NCBI GenBank assembly: GCA_040006915.1
Contig: JBDTWD010000003.1
Location: 38,023 to 102,022 of the forward strand
Direction: 5' to 3'
DNA length: 64,000 nucleotides
Source of the DNA: Candidatus Woesebacteria bacterium
GTDB taxonomy: Bacteria > Patescibacteriota > Microgenomatia > UBA1400 > UBA12028
Shown here: piece after piece, positions 29,074-37,727 of the stretch
Numbering within the stretch: position 1 is the first letter of the stretch
Layout of the letters: each line of letters opens with the position of its first letter
Made by a program: the position numbers and the translations under genes
The notes under the pieces: generated by a model
The model's database searches: none
Seen by the model: the letters and a program-made list of their open reading frames with translations, nothing else
Told to the model about the DNA's origin: nothing

Positions 29074-30471
29074 TTGTCATCCTCTACCTCTTACAGTAGA
29101 CTCAACCTATTATCAGTAATCATAAAATGTATGCCGGAAAAATCATCAGAAAACAACGGGGGGAAATCCTCGAAAAATTCAAATCTTTTTTCAAGATTCA
29201 TTAGCAACTTCAGAAGAGAAACTGAGGACAACATAGATATTGATGATGACCTCTCTCCTATTCCGGAAACCTCTCGTACTCCAATTTCTATAGCAGATGT
29301 TTTAGAAAAAATATCTGTACATATGGATGAGATAGCAAACACATCAGAGACGCCAACTCGTAATGTGCTGATGTACGTCGTGATTGATTTAGATACAGCT
29401 GATATTGTTGACATACAGTGGAAAAGGTCACATGCTCCTTCAAATAAGTTCGTTCCACTCCCGCTTTTTTTGAAACTAAAAGATGGAAAGCCACAACGAC
29501 TTTTTGCTTCTGATGATATTGAGGCCTATTATCAGCAAAATGAGAGACAGAGTGTTAATTTAGAAAGTGCTACAGATTCTCTGATGCTCACAGTGAATAA
29601 AGAACTAGGCGGCGCAGAAAACTATGAGCCTTTGAGTCATAGAGATCTCGTCAAAGAAATTCACGATCACGTCAAAAAACTGGAAAAGAAAGATCGAGCT
29701 CTTCCCCTGCATGTGAGAATGCGACCAGATACTGGAGAAATTACCCAACTTATATGGAAAAATGAGACCAACACTTTTGACTCAGAAGGTATCTTTATTT
29801 CTTTGCAGATTGAGCTGCGATCCTCCCGAGTCTATGCAGTTACTCTTTCGGGAGAACAAGACCCCTTACTTTTGAACAATCAAGATTTATTAAAGAGCCT
29901 TTCGATCAAGCTGCAACGAATTACCACGGATTTAAGTAGTCCAGATCTTCTTTTTGAGAACAGGTCACCTGCTCCGTTACGCCACATCGACGCTAGGGGA
30001 AATAACCCATATGAAGAAGCTTTTGAAGCGGATCTCAAGGCAGCTTTCAAGGAAGCTGTCCAGAAAAAAAGAATAACTGCAGAAGTAATGCGTATTGTTC
30101 CTAAAGAATCAAAAGGAAACGAACCCTTGACCGATGAAGAAACCATCGAAGCGACATACGCTCTTATACAAGGCAATACAGTCCCCTCGTTTAAAAAAGG
30201 AATTTCCTCGTTTTATTTTATCTGGTCAGTGGATCCAGAGAATGGTCGAATAGTGGCTGTGGATTATCAAAGCGGGAGTGCAAGCTCTGATACTATTCCT
30301 ATCCAGATAAAGTGCCTTATGGACGTGGATGTATTCAGAAAACCTGCATTTAAAGTTCAAGTTTTTCAAATTGAGAATACTTCAAATGCAGAACGATTAG
30401 AACCTCGAGCACTTGTGGAATTCAGGAAACATTTTGAAGATATAAATGGGATTGCACGATCATCGTTCTAG
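29074..30471 (+). CDS. hypothetical protein (465 aa, acidic, no TM, no recognisable domain)
   Basis: Long clean ORF with no motif I can assign. The N-terminus may start at a later Met. Confidence 0.5.
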   Translation: MSSSTSYSRLNLLSVIIKCMPEKSSENNGGKSSKNSNLFSRFISNFRRETEDNIDIDDDLSPIPETSRTPISIADVLEKISVHMDEIANTSETPTRNVLMYVVIDLDTADIVDIQWKRSHAPSNKFVPLPLFLKLKDGKPQRLFASDDIEAYYQQNERQSVNLESATDSLMLTVNKELGGAENYEPLSHRDLVKEIHDHVKKLEKKDRALPLHVRMRPDTGEITQLIWKNETNTFDSEGIFISLQIELRSSRVYAVTLSGEQDPLLLNNQDLLKSLSIKLQRITTDLSSPDLLFENRSPAPLRHIDARGNNPYEEAFEADLKAAFKEAVQKKRITAEVMRIVPKESKGNEPLTDEETIEATYALIQGNTVPSFKKGISSFYFIWSVDPENGRIVAVDYQSGSASSDTIPIQIKCLMDVDVFRKPAFKVQVFQIENTSNAERLEPRALVEFRKHFEDINGIARSSF

Positions 30472-32229
30472 TACAGCCAGAAACGCTTCTTGAGGTAAAC
30501 TGACTTTTCCAAATTCCCTCATGCGCTTCTTGCCTTTTACTTGTTTCTTTAAGAGTTTTTGACGACGAGTAATATCTCCACCATACATTCCTTCTGTCAC
30601 GTCTTTTCGATATCCACTAATATCTTCACGAGCGACGACTTTACCACCAATGCTCGCTTGAATCGAAATTTGAAAGTTTTGCTTAGGAATGACTTCTTTG
30701 AGTTTTTTGACAATCTTTCGGCCAATATATTCAGCTTTAGCCCGAATAACAATTTGACTCAATGCATCAATTTTTTCAAAGTGCACCACGATATCTAACT
30801 TCACAGCATCTACTGGTTGGTAATCAAAAATTTCGTATTCAAGACTGGCAAATCCGGACGATACAGATTTGAGTTCATCATGGAAATTCACAATTAACTC
30901 CGAGAGAGGAAGTAAATACGTTACCTTCACTCGGTTTCCATGCTCCTCGAGTCCTTCTAAAGTTGCGCGGTGATCTTCACACAACCGCATCACTGCTCCT
31001 AAATATTCTTTGGGAGTAAAAATGGTTGACATGGTGACTGGCTCAGCAATCGAGGCTATGATGGCCGGATCTGGGTATTCAGTGGGAGTATGCATTTCAA
31101 ATGTCTCACCAGTACGGGTAGTAATTTTATAGAGGACTGAAGGCGAGGTGGCGATCAAATCCATGTTGTATTCATTTTCAAGTCGCTCTTGAACAATTGT
31201 GGCATGCAAGATTCCTAAGAATCCCACTCGTAAACCATTTCCTAAAGCTGGAGAATGGGTGGATTGATACTGCAAAGCAGCATCATGAAGAGCAAGTTTC
31301 CCCATCGCGTCCAAAAGCAGCGCATAGTCATCCCCTTCTGTTGGGTAAAACTCCATGTACACCATTGGTTGCGGTTCTTTGTATCCAGGTAGCGCTTGTG
31401 TCGCTCGCAGGGTCATAGAGGTCACCGTATCGCCAACCCGTAACAACCGTACGTCTTTTAGTCCCGAGGCAATATAGCCGACTTCTCCCGCGTGCAAGAC
31501 ATCTGTCTGTTTCATTTCCGGACCAAAGTATCCCAGTTCTACTGGAACAAATTCTTCACCAGTTCCCATGGCGAGCAATTTTTCTTTTCTGAGAGTGCCG
31601 TTTACCACCCGTACATAGGCAATCACTCCTTTATGAGGGTGATATAAAGAGGTAAAGACTAGAACCCGTAAATCTTGATCATCAGTCCCTTGTGGGGGCG
31701 GAACAAATTCAACTATTGCTTCGAGCAATCCTTCGATATTAATTCCAGTTTTGGCACTGACTTTGATAATTCGGTTTTCATCAATTCCAAAAGTCTCAAT
31801 TAAGTCCAGTGCTACCTGATCTGGATCAGCTGCTGGTAAATCAATTTTATTAATCACTGGAATAATTGTTAAGCCAATAGCCTTGGCCTTTTCATAGTTA
31901 GAAAGAGTTTGCGCTTGAATTCCTTGTGTCGCATCCACAACTAACAGTGCTCCTTCGCAAGCAGCCAGTGAACGGCTAACTTCGTAGCCAAAGTCCACGT
32001 GTCCGGGAGTATCGATCAAATTCAGTTCGTAATCTTTATAGGTCAAACGTACTGGAGCTAACTTAATGGTAATACCCCGCTCTTTTTCAATCGGATTACT
32101 ATCCATCATCCGCTCTTCCATCAAACGCTCAGAAACCGTATTAGTTTTGCGTAAGAGTTGATCGGTTAAAGTCGTCTTCCCATGATCAATATGGGCGATA
32201 ATAGAAAAATTACGAATATGGTTTGCCAT
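30460..32229 (-). CDS. lepA: elongation factor 4 (LepA)
   Basis: NFSIIAHIDHGKTTL, DTPGHVDF, 589 aa. Confidence 0.95.
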   Translation of the reverse strand: MANHIRNFSIIAHIDHGKTTLTDQLLRKTNTVSERLMEERMMDSNPIEKERGITIKLAPVRLTYKDYELNLIDTPGHVDFGYEVSRSLAACEGALLVVDATQGIQAQTLSNYEKAKAIGLTIIPVINKIDLPAADPDQVALDLIETFGIDENRIIKVSAKTGINIEGLLEAIVEFVPPPQGTDDQDLRVLVFTSLYHPHKGVIAYVRVVNGTLRKEKLLAMGTGEEFVPVELGYFGPEMKQTDVLHAGEVGYIASGLKDVRLLRVGDTVTSMTLRATQALPGYKEPQPMVYMEFYPTEGDDYALLLDAMGKLALHDAALQYQSTHSPALGNGLRVGFLGILHATIVQERLENEYNMDLIATSPSVLYKITTRTGETFEMHTPTEYPDPAIIASIAEPVTMSTIFTPKEYLGAVMRLCEDHRATLEGLEEHGNRVKVTYLLPLSELIVNFHDELKSVSSGFASLEYEIFDYQPVDAVKLDIVVHFEKIDALSQIVIRAKAEYIGRKIVKKLKEVIPKQNFQISIQASIGGKVVAREDISGYRKDVTEGMYGGDITRRQKLLKKQVKGKKRMREFGKVSLPQEAFLAVLER

Positions 32230-32263
32230 GAAGCGTTATTCTACCAGAGGTGAAGTAGAGAAG

Positions 32264-32545
32264 CTATGGTAGTTTCACCGTATCGACAAACAAGGTTGTT
32301 CCACTGAATTGACCGGTAACCGTCACATTTTTTCCCACATAGTCATCGAGTTTTACCGTGTAGGAATCTAAATCTCTGGTGACACTACCTGGACTTGCGA
32401 TATAGAATTTCCCTGCGGTTTTAGCGATGGTTCCAGAAACCGTGGTAGTCACCGCTGCCTGGCTGGTCGGCGTCGGTGCTACTGGCTGTTTGCTACAGCC
32501 CACACACAGGCCTGCAATTAAACAGAATAGGAATAGTTTTTTCAT
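32264..32545 (-). CDS. small lipoprotein, hypothetical
   Basis: Lipobox LCVGCS after signal peptide. Consistent with lgt in the window. Confidence 0.45.
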   Translation of the reverse strand: MKKLFLFCLIAGLCVGCSKQPVAPTPTSQAAVTTTVSGTIAKTAGKFYIASPGSVTRDLDSYTVKLDDYVGKNVTVTGQFSGTTLFVDTVKLP

Positions 32546-34203
32546 AGTTGTACCTCCTCTTGTGGTCCAATAACTTCTTCACTGCGAGCCAGTTTGTTTC
32601 TCCAATCTTTCACTCTCCCTTGAATTGAAACCAAAATCGAAAGCTGTTCAACGGAGAACATTGCACACAAGAAAGTATAGACGATTGCTCCTGCCAGCGC
32701 TGCAGCTCCAGTCAGCGCAAATAATCCTAAAACTCGAGTTGTATCAAATACCAGTTGATCGAGGAGTTTCATGACCACGTATAGCGTACCTCCCATCAAA
32801 ATTGCAGAAAGAGCCAGTTTCCCTTGTGGGATAAAGAACTCTTTCCAATAGAAGGTTCGTAACCGATGAAAAAGCGTCACCAGTAACAGTAATACTTCAG
32901 TAAAAGCTGCAATCGTAAATCCAAGTGGAATCGCATGAACTCCCCATCCCAAAACTGCAGTCCCAAGCCACATGACAAAAATATTTATTCCCATGGCGAC
33001 AAGCGCAATAAAGAAAGGAACCTTGGTTTCTTTGAGTGCATAAAATGCTCGTAAAAGAACATGGATCATTGCTACCGCTCCGACTGCAATCGCATAAATC
33101 GCAACCAACTGACCAAGCAATACTGTATCTGTCCAAGGAAACTCTTTGGCGCCATATGCAAGTCGAACAATGGGAATACGTAAAACCAGTAAAAGGGCTC
33201 CGGCAGGATACATGAAAAATGCGATTTGATGTAAGGTTTTAATTAGAAGTTTCACAAAACCAACGATGTCGTGATCTTTGGCTTCGGAAGAGAGAAAAGG
33301 TAAAGCGGCTTGAGCAATTGAAACACCAAAAAAGCGAATCGGAGCTGCGATCAAACTTTGGGCAAAAGTCACGCTGGTAAGCAGTGTGCTTCCAAGTGAA
33401 GTTGCGATATACACCCCCACAAAATCTTCTACCGCATTGGTGGTTTGCGTTGCTCCTCTTGGGAGCATGAGTTTAAATACTTCACGGACGTTACTGTTCT
33501 GAAAATTCCAGCGCAAACGGAATACAAACCCGTACCGAATGGCGAGTGGCAACTGGATAGCGAAATGAACTACAGCTCCGAGGAGTACGCCAATCGTCGG
33601 TCCATAAATTCCCACGATAGGAGAGAAGATCAAGGTGCCGACGATAATTCCCAGGTTGTACAGGATTGGAGAAAGTGCGGGTAAGAGAAAACTTCTATTC
33701 GATTGTAAAATCCCTGACAAAAAATTACTCAGGAGGAAGAAAAACTGGGCTCCCAACATTACCCGCATCAGTTGAGCAGCCAACATCACTTGCTCCACAC
33801 TAAATTCTTTTCCGGTAAAGCTGCGAATTAACGGGACGGCAAATATCCCAGCTATAGTCGCAACAATGATGTAGGCAATTCCTAAAATGGTCATCAAGGT
33901 TTGAACAAATTGATGTTTCTCTTCATCTTGATGCAGAAGACGACTGTAGACAGGGATAAAGGTTGCAGATAAGACGCCTACAACCAGTAATTGAAACAAA
34001 AAGTCAGGAATCCGAAACGCAGCAAAGAATGCGTCCAGTAATGGACGACTTTCTCCGACAAAAACCGAGACCAACAAGCGTTTATAGAGTATCCCCAAAA
34101 CCGCCGAGCACACCGAGAGTGAGCCAATCAACGTCGCTGCCGATAGAATAGAGGTCTGCTCTGAAAACAGAAATGACGCGCTTTTTTTAAGGAGAGAAAC
34201 CAT
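32542..34203 (-). CDS. murJ: lipid II flippase MurJ. Likely start MVSLLKK at 34203; the track ORF extends to 34272.
   Basis: ~14 TM. N-terminal ...SRPLLDAFFAAFRIPDF...SATFIPVYS matches the MurJ/MviN conserved region. Confidence 0.85.
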   Translation of the reverse strand: MVSLLKKSASFLFSEQTSILSAATLIGSLSVCSAVLGILYKRLLVSVFVGESRPLLDAFFAAFRIPDFLFQLLVVGVLSATFIPVYSRLLHQDEEKHQFVQTLMTILGIAYIIVATIAGIFAVPLIRSFTGKEFSVEQVMLAAQLMRVMLGAQFFFLLSNFLSGILQSNRSFLLPALSPILYNLGIIVGTLIFSPIVGIYGPTIGVLLGAVVHFAIQLPLAIRYGFVFRLRWNFQNSNVREVFKLMLPRGATQTTNAVEDFVGVYIATSLGSTLLTSVTFAQSLIAAPIRFFGVSIAQAALPFLSSEAKDHDIVGFVKLLIKTLHQIAFFMYPAGALLLVLRIPIVRLAYGAKEFPWTDTVLLGQLVAIYAIAVGAVAMIHVLLRAFYALKETKVPFFIALVAMGINIFVMWLGTAVLGWGVHAIPLGFTIAAFTEVLLLLVTLFHRLRTFYWKEFFIPQGKLALSAILMGGTLYVVMKLLDQLVFDTTRVLGLFALTGAAALAGAIVYTFLCAMFSVEQLSILVSIQGRVKDWRNKLARSEEVIGPQEEVQL

Positions 34204-34342
34204 GATCAGTATAGGATACTCAATAAACTCCAAATACCAAATACCAAATTTAAAGAGCCTTCTCCTCCTCAAGTGCTTTCCAAAACTCAGGGGGAATGCT
34301 ATACTACTTGTTCAGTAAAACCTAGAAATACACGAAATCCGT

Positions 34343-34579
34343 ATGCCTATCACCAAATCAGCACTCAAAGCTTTACGTCAAGACCGTCGTCGCGCAGAGA
34401 CGAACAGACCTATTCGCTCTCGAGTAAAGACTACTTTAGATGAATTAAAAACTGCTCAGTCACAAACTGCTCTTTCCAGTGCTTTTTCTGCTATTGATCG
34501 AGCTTTAAAAAAGAATCTGATTCATCGAAATAAGGCTGCTCGTCTCAAGAGCAAGGCCTCTAAACTGATCTCAAAGTAA
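34343..34579 (+). CDS. rpsT: 30S ribosomal protein S20
   Basis: MPITKSALKALRQDRRRAETNRP... Confidence 0.9.
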   Translation: MPITKSALKALRQDRRRAETNRPIRSRVKTTLDELKTAQSQTALSSAFSAIDRALKKNLIHRNKAARLKSKASKLISK

Positions 34580-34582
34580 GTT

Positions 34583-34612
34583 CCTCACTTGTGCCAGTGC
34601 CCCTTTTTTTGC
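34583..34612 (+). terminator. possible weak intrinsic terminator after rpsT
   Basis: Short hairpin (CACT-TGTGCC-AGTG) followed by CCCC + a 7-T run. The stem is only 4 bp. Confidence 0.3.
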
Positions 34613-35260
34613 TACGCTGTTACCATGGCGTACAAACCGCAAACTCTTGTTATTCCAAAAATTAACCTTATTCCCCGGGATCCGTTCTATGAAACGACGA
34701 TTGGGAAGATTATGGTCTGGGCGATCCAAGTGGGTCGATACATCATCATTTTTACCGAAATTATTGTTATCATGAGCTTTGCTTCCCGCTTTAAGCTCGA
34801 TCGCGATCTGACAGATCTTACGGCCAAAGTCACACAGAAAAAAGCGATTGTCGAGTCATTTGGTGATATTGAAGCTCGTACTCGTACCATCCAAGATAAA
34901 ATTGCGACAACTCAAAAACTCCTTGCCGACGGAACAGCTATGTTTTATCTGGACAAAGTCACAGCCAGAATCCCGTCTGGAATCGAATTAACTCAACTTA
35001 CTCTTGATCCTGGTACCCTTACTTTTTCAGGAAAAGCTGTAAATTCGAACGTTCTGGCTGCCATGATCGTGGCGTTGCAGCAAGAGCCAGCCTTCACCAG
35101 TGTCTCTGTCGACAAGATCTCTTCAGGACAAGCAAATGATCCAAACGTTTCATTCGCAATTAAACTCACTATTCCACAGAAAGCAGTGGAAGCGAAAGTT
35201 GAAGATGGCAGTACACCAACAACTCCGCCCACATCACCTGATACACCAGTAACACCATAG
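34589..35260 (+). CDS. pilN: type IV pilus assembly protein PilN
   Basis: N-terminal INLIPRD (the PilM-binding INLLP motif), single TM, coiled-coil plus ferredoxin-like periplasmic domain, Pro/Thr C-terminal tail. Confidence 0.7.
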   Translation: MCQCPFFCYAVTMAYKPQTLVIPKINLIPRDPFYETTIGKIMVWAIQVGRYIIIFTEIIVIMSFASRFKLDRDLTDLTAKVTQKKAIVESFGDIEARTRTIQDKIATTQKLLADGTAMFYLDKVTARIPSGIELTQLTLDPGTLTFSGKAVNSNVLAAMIVALQQEPAFTSVSVDKISSGQANDPNVSFAIKLTIPQKAVEAKVEDGSTPTTPPTSPDTPVTP

Positions 35261-35264
35261 ATCT

Positions 35265-35924
35265 ATGCCAATCCAAAGACCATCACTACAACGAACTATT
35301 ATCCAGATGGATTTAAACCGCTTTTATGACAAGCCAGTCACCCGAGTATCTGTGGCATTAGTGCTTTCTCTACTCGCTATTGCTTTTTTCGCACTGGCTG
35401 CGATACGCCCGACTCTACAAACTATGGCAGAGTTATTAAAAGAAATTGATCAGAAAAAAACCTTAGATGAGAAATTGACGCAAAAAATTACGGCACTTAC
35501 TAGTGCTCAACGTCAACTCTCAGAAAAGGAAGCACTATTCCCTGTACTCTCGATCGCAATCCCCTCTAATCCAAACTTTGCTCAGCTCATGACAGTGATC
35601 GAAAAATTAGCAACGGAACGCCAAGTTGAATTTTCTTCGGCACAAATCCAAAAAGTTCCGCTTGAAGGCAAACCACCAAGCGCAACGGCAAAGTATCAAC
35701 TAGTTAGTTATCCTATGACACTTGCCTTCTCGGGATCATATGAGAATTTGATTCTACTCATGCGTGATCTTCAGTCCATTAAACGAATCATTGCAATTGA
35801 TCGATTTGATATTTCTCCTGCGGTACAAAGTGCCCCTACGGAGTTAACCCTTACCCTCGCAATTCGCGCATTCTCGTTTAATCAATTACAAGGAGCTGCT
35901 CCGGCACCGGTGCCTGTTCCGTAA
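35265..35924 (+). CDS. pilO: type IV pilus assembly protein PilO-like
   Basis: Single TM, coiled-coil (KKTLDEKLTQKITALTSAQRQLSEKE), periplasmic domain, Ala/Pro C-terminus, immediately after pilN. Confidence 0.6.
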   Translation: MPIQRPSLQRTIIQMDLNRFYDKPVTRVSVALVLSLLAIAFFALAAIRPTLQTMAELLKEIDQKKTLDEKLTQKITALTSAQRQLSEKEALFPVLSIAIPSNPNFAQLMTVIEKLATERQVEFSSAQIQKVPLEGKPPSATAKYQLVSYPMTLAFSGSYENLILLMRDLQSIKRIIAIDRFDISPAVQSAPTELTLTLAIRAFSFNQLQGAAPAPVPVP

Positions 35925-35931
35925 AATCAGT

Positions 35932-36318
35932 ATGAAAAAAAGATTAACATTTAAACAACTCCTCTTTGAACAACAGATACTGGGAATTTTGCTCTTTTCT
36001 GTATTAGTTGTGTTTTTGTGGGTAGTATCGACTATTTATTTTTCCTACACCAAATCTACACTTACCAGTGAAGATGAAACGGTTGTTATCCCTCTGAGTC
36101 CTATTATTGATGATCGCCCACTACAAGTTTTAAGTAGCCGACGCTGGTGGAGTGACAGTGATCTACAAAGCTTTGCAGTCAGTGTCGTGATACGTGACAG
36201 TAACGGAAAAACGACGACTTCTCAAACCCAAACAGGAGCAGCTTCACCATCTGCTACCCTTGCGCCCACTCCTGTCCCCACACCACTTCCAGCCTCTGGT
36301 TCTGCCCAAACGCAGTAA
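35932..36318 (+). CDS. membrane-anchored protein with Thr/Pro-rich C-terminus (PilP-position, hypothetical)
   Basis: N-terminal TM, small domain, PT-rich tail. 8-nt gap after pilO. Confidence 0.4.
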   Translation: MKKRLTFKQLLFEQQILGILLFSVLVVFLWVVSTIYFSYTKSTLTSEDETVVIPLSPIIDDRPLQVLSSRRWWSDSDLQSFAVSVVIRDSNGKTTTSQTQTGAASPSATLAPTPVPTPLPASGSAQTQ

Positions 36319-36365
36319 GTGTATGGTACTTGTAGTGCAATTAGTGAGCATGATAGCGTAGTACT

Positions 36366-37682
36366 ATGGCCCAATCGTTTCTTTCGACCAAAAGAATTCC
36401 CACCATTGTTGGTATTGTGATTTTGAGTGCTGGCTTGATCGGAGGAATCTTCTTAGCTAACTCTGTTACTACGGGCTTTCTTCCGAGAGCTTCCCCCGAG
36501 TCAACTCCAAAGAACTTAAAAATCACCAATGTCACCGATACCAGTTTTACTGTTTCTTGGGTAACCGATAGCAAGACAACCGGCTACGTAAAGTATGGCC
36601 CCAGCAGTAGTTCAATTAGCAGTGTTACTACTGATGATCGAGATCAAATTGGTGGTAGTGTTGGCCAATTTAAAACACATCATGTTACCCTTCGGGGATT
36701 AACTGCATCCACAACCTATTTCTATAAAATCGGTACTGGTACCAGCGAACTATACGACGATAGTGGCAAACCTTATCAAACAAAAACCACCGTTCCAATC
36801 ACCTCACCTGCAAAAACCTTGTACGGAGAAGTTCTTTCCAGTGATACAACCGGAGCCACTGGCGCCTTAATTTATATTAGTGGAGATTCAATTGCCCCAC
36901 TCTCTACCATTACGCAAAGTGGTGGAAGTTTTGCCTTATCACTAGCGATCGCCCGAGCGAAAGACGGTGTTAGCAGTGCCACTTTTACGGATGACACCAA
37001 GATTTCATTGCTCGTCATTAGTCCGATAGATGATACGACTAGTGTAATCGATGCAACGATTTCTCAAGGTCAGCCCTTCCCTGATATTGTATTAGGTAAG
37101 AATCAAAATCTCACAAGTCCCACACAAACACCCCAACCAGAAGCAGAAAATACTTCCGCTCCAACGCAAAGCAAGTTTACCAGTCAATTACTCTCAGCTC
37201 CGGTCGAGATTCCCGCGTCAGTCAGTGCCAACTTTCTTTCAATAAGTGCACCAACTGATCAATTTGTTTCAACTGTTGCTCGTCCAGTCTTAAGTGGTAC
37301 AGCTTCAAAAAGCGCAACCGTTTCGTTAGCTCTTAAAGGACCATCTACGTTAACAACGAGCACGAAAGCGACTGCAACGGGTGCATGGACATACACACCA
37401 GTAACGAGCTTGAAAAATGGCGCCTATACTCTTACAGCTAGTACCACAATCAGTGGAAAGAAAGAAACACAAAACGTTTCTTTCTCCATTTTGGTCCCCA
37501 CGCCTACGCCCAAAACCAGCACTGCTTCTGCAGTTTTAGGACTGCCATCCACTGAATCAGCAGATTTGGTATCCGGATCCACTGAAATCACCATTTCTTT
37601 TGCTCTCGCTGGTTTGTTATTTATCGGTTCTGGAGCTTTTTTCGCCACAATTCAGTCAAGTGATCACAAAAAAAGAAAATAG
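36366..37682 (+). CDS. surface protein with fibronectin type III-like domain, Ser/Thr-rich regions and C-terminal TM + basic tail
   Basis: NLKITNVTDTSFTVSWVTDS...YVKYG...TTYFYKIG is an FN3/PAP-N-like motif pattern. C-terminal ...TEITISFALAGLLFIGSGAFFATIQSSDHKKRK. Confidence 0.55.
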   Translation: MAQSFLSTKRIPTIVGIVILSAGLIGGIFLANSVTTGFLPRASPESTPKNLKITNVTDTSFTVSWVTDSKTTGYVKYGPSSSSISSVTTDDRDQIGGSVGQFKTHHVTLRGLTASTTYFYKIGTGTSELYDDSGKPYQTKTTVPITSPAKTLYGEVLSSDTTGATGALIYISGDSIAPLSTITQSGGSFALSLAIARAKDGVSSATFTDDTKISLLVISPIDDTTSVIDATISQGQPFPDIVLGKNQNLTSPTQTPQPEAENTSAPTQSKFTSQLLSAPVEIPASVSANFLSISAPTDQFVSTVARPVLSGTASKSATVSLALKGPSTLTTSTKATATGAWTYTPVTSLKNGAYTLTASTTISGKKETQNVSFSILVPTPTPKTSTASAVLGLPSTESADLVSGSTEITISFALAGLLFIGSGAFFATIQSSDHKKRK

Positions 37683-37727
37683 CATCTTGAGATTAGTTGA
37701 AAAGTTAGTTACTGTAGATATTGCATC

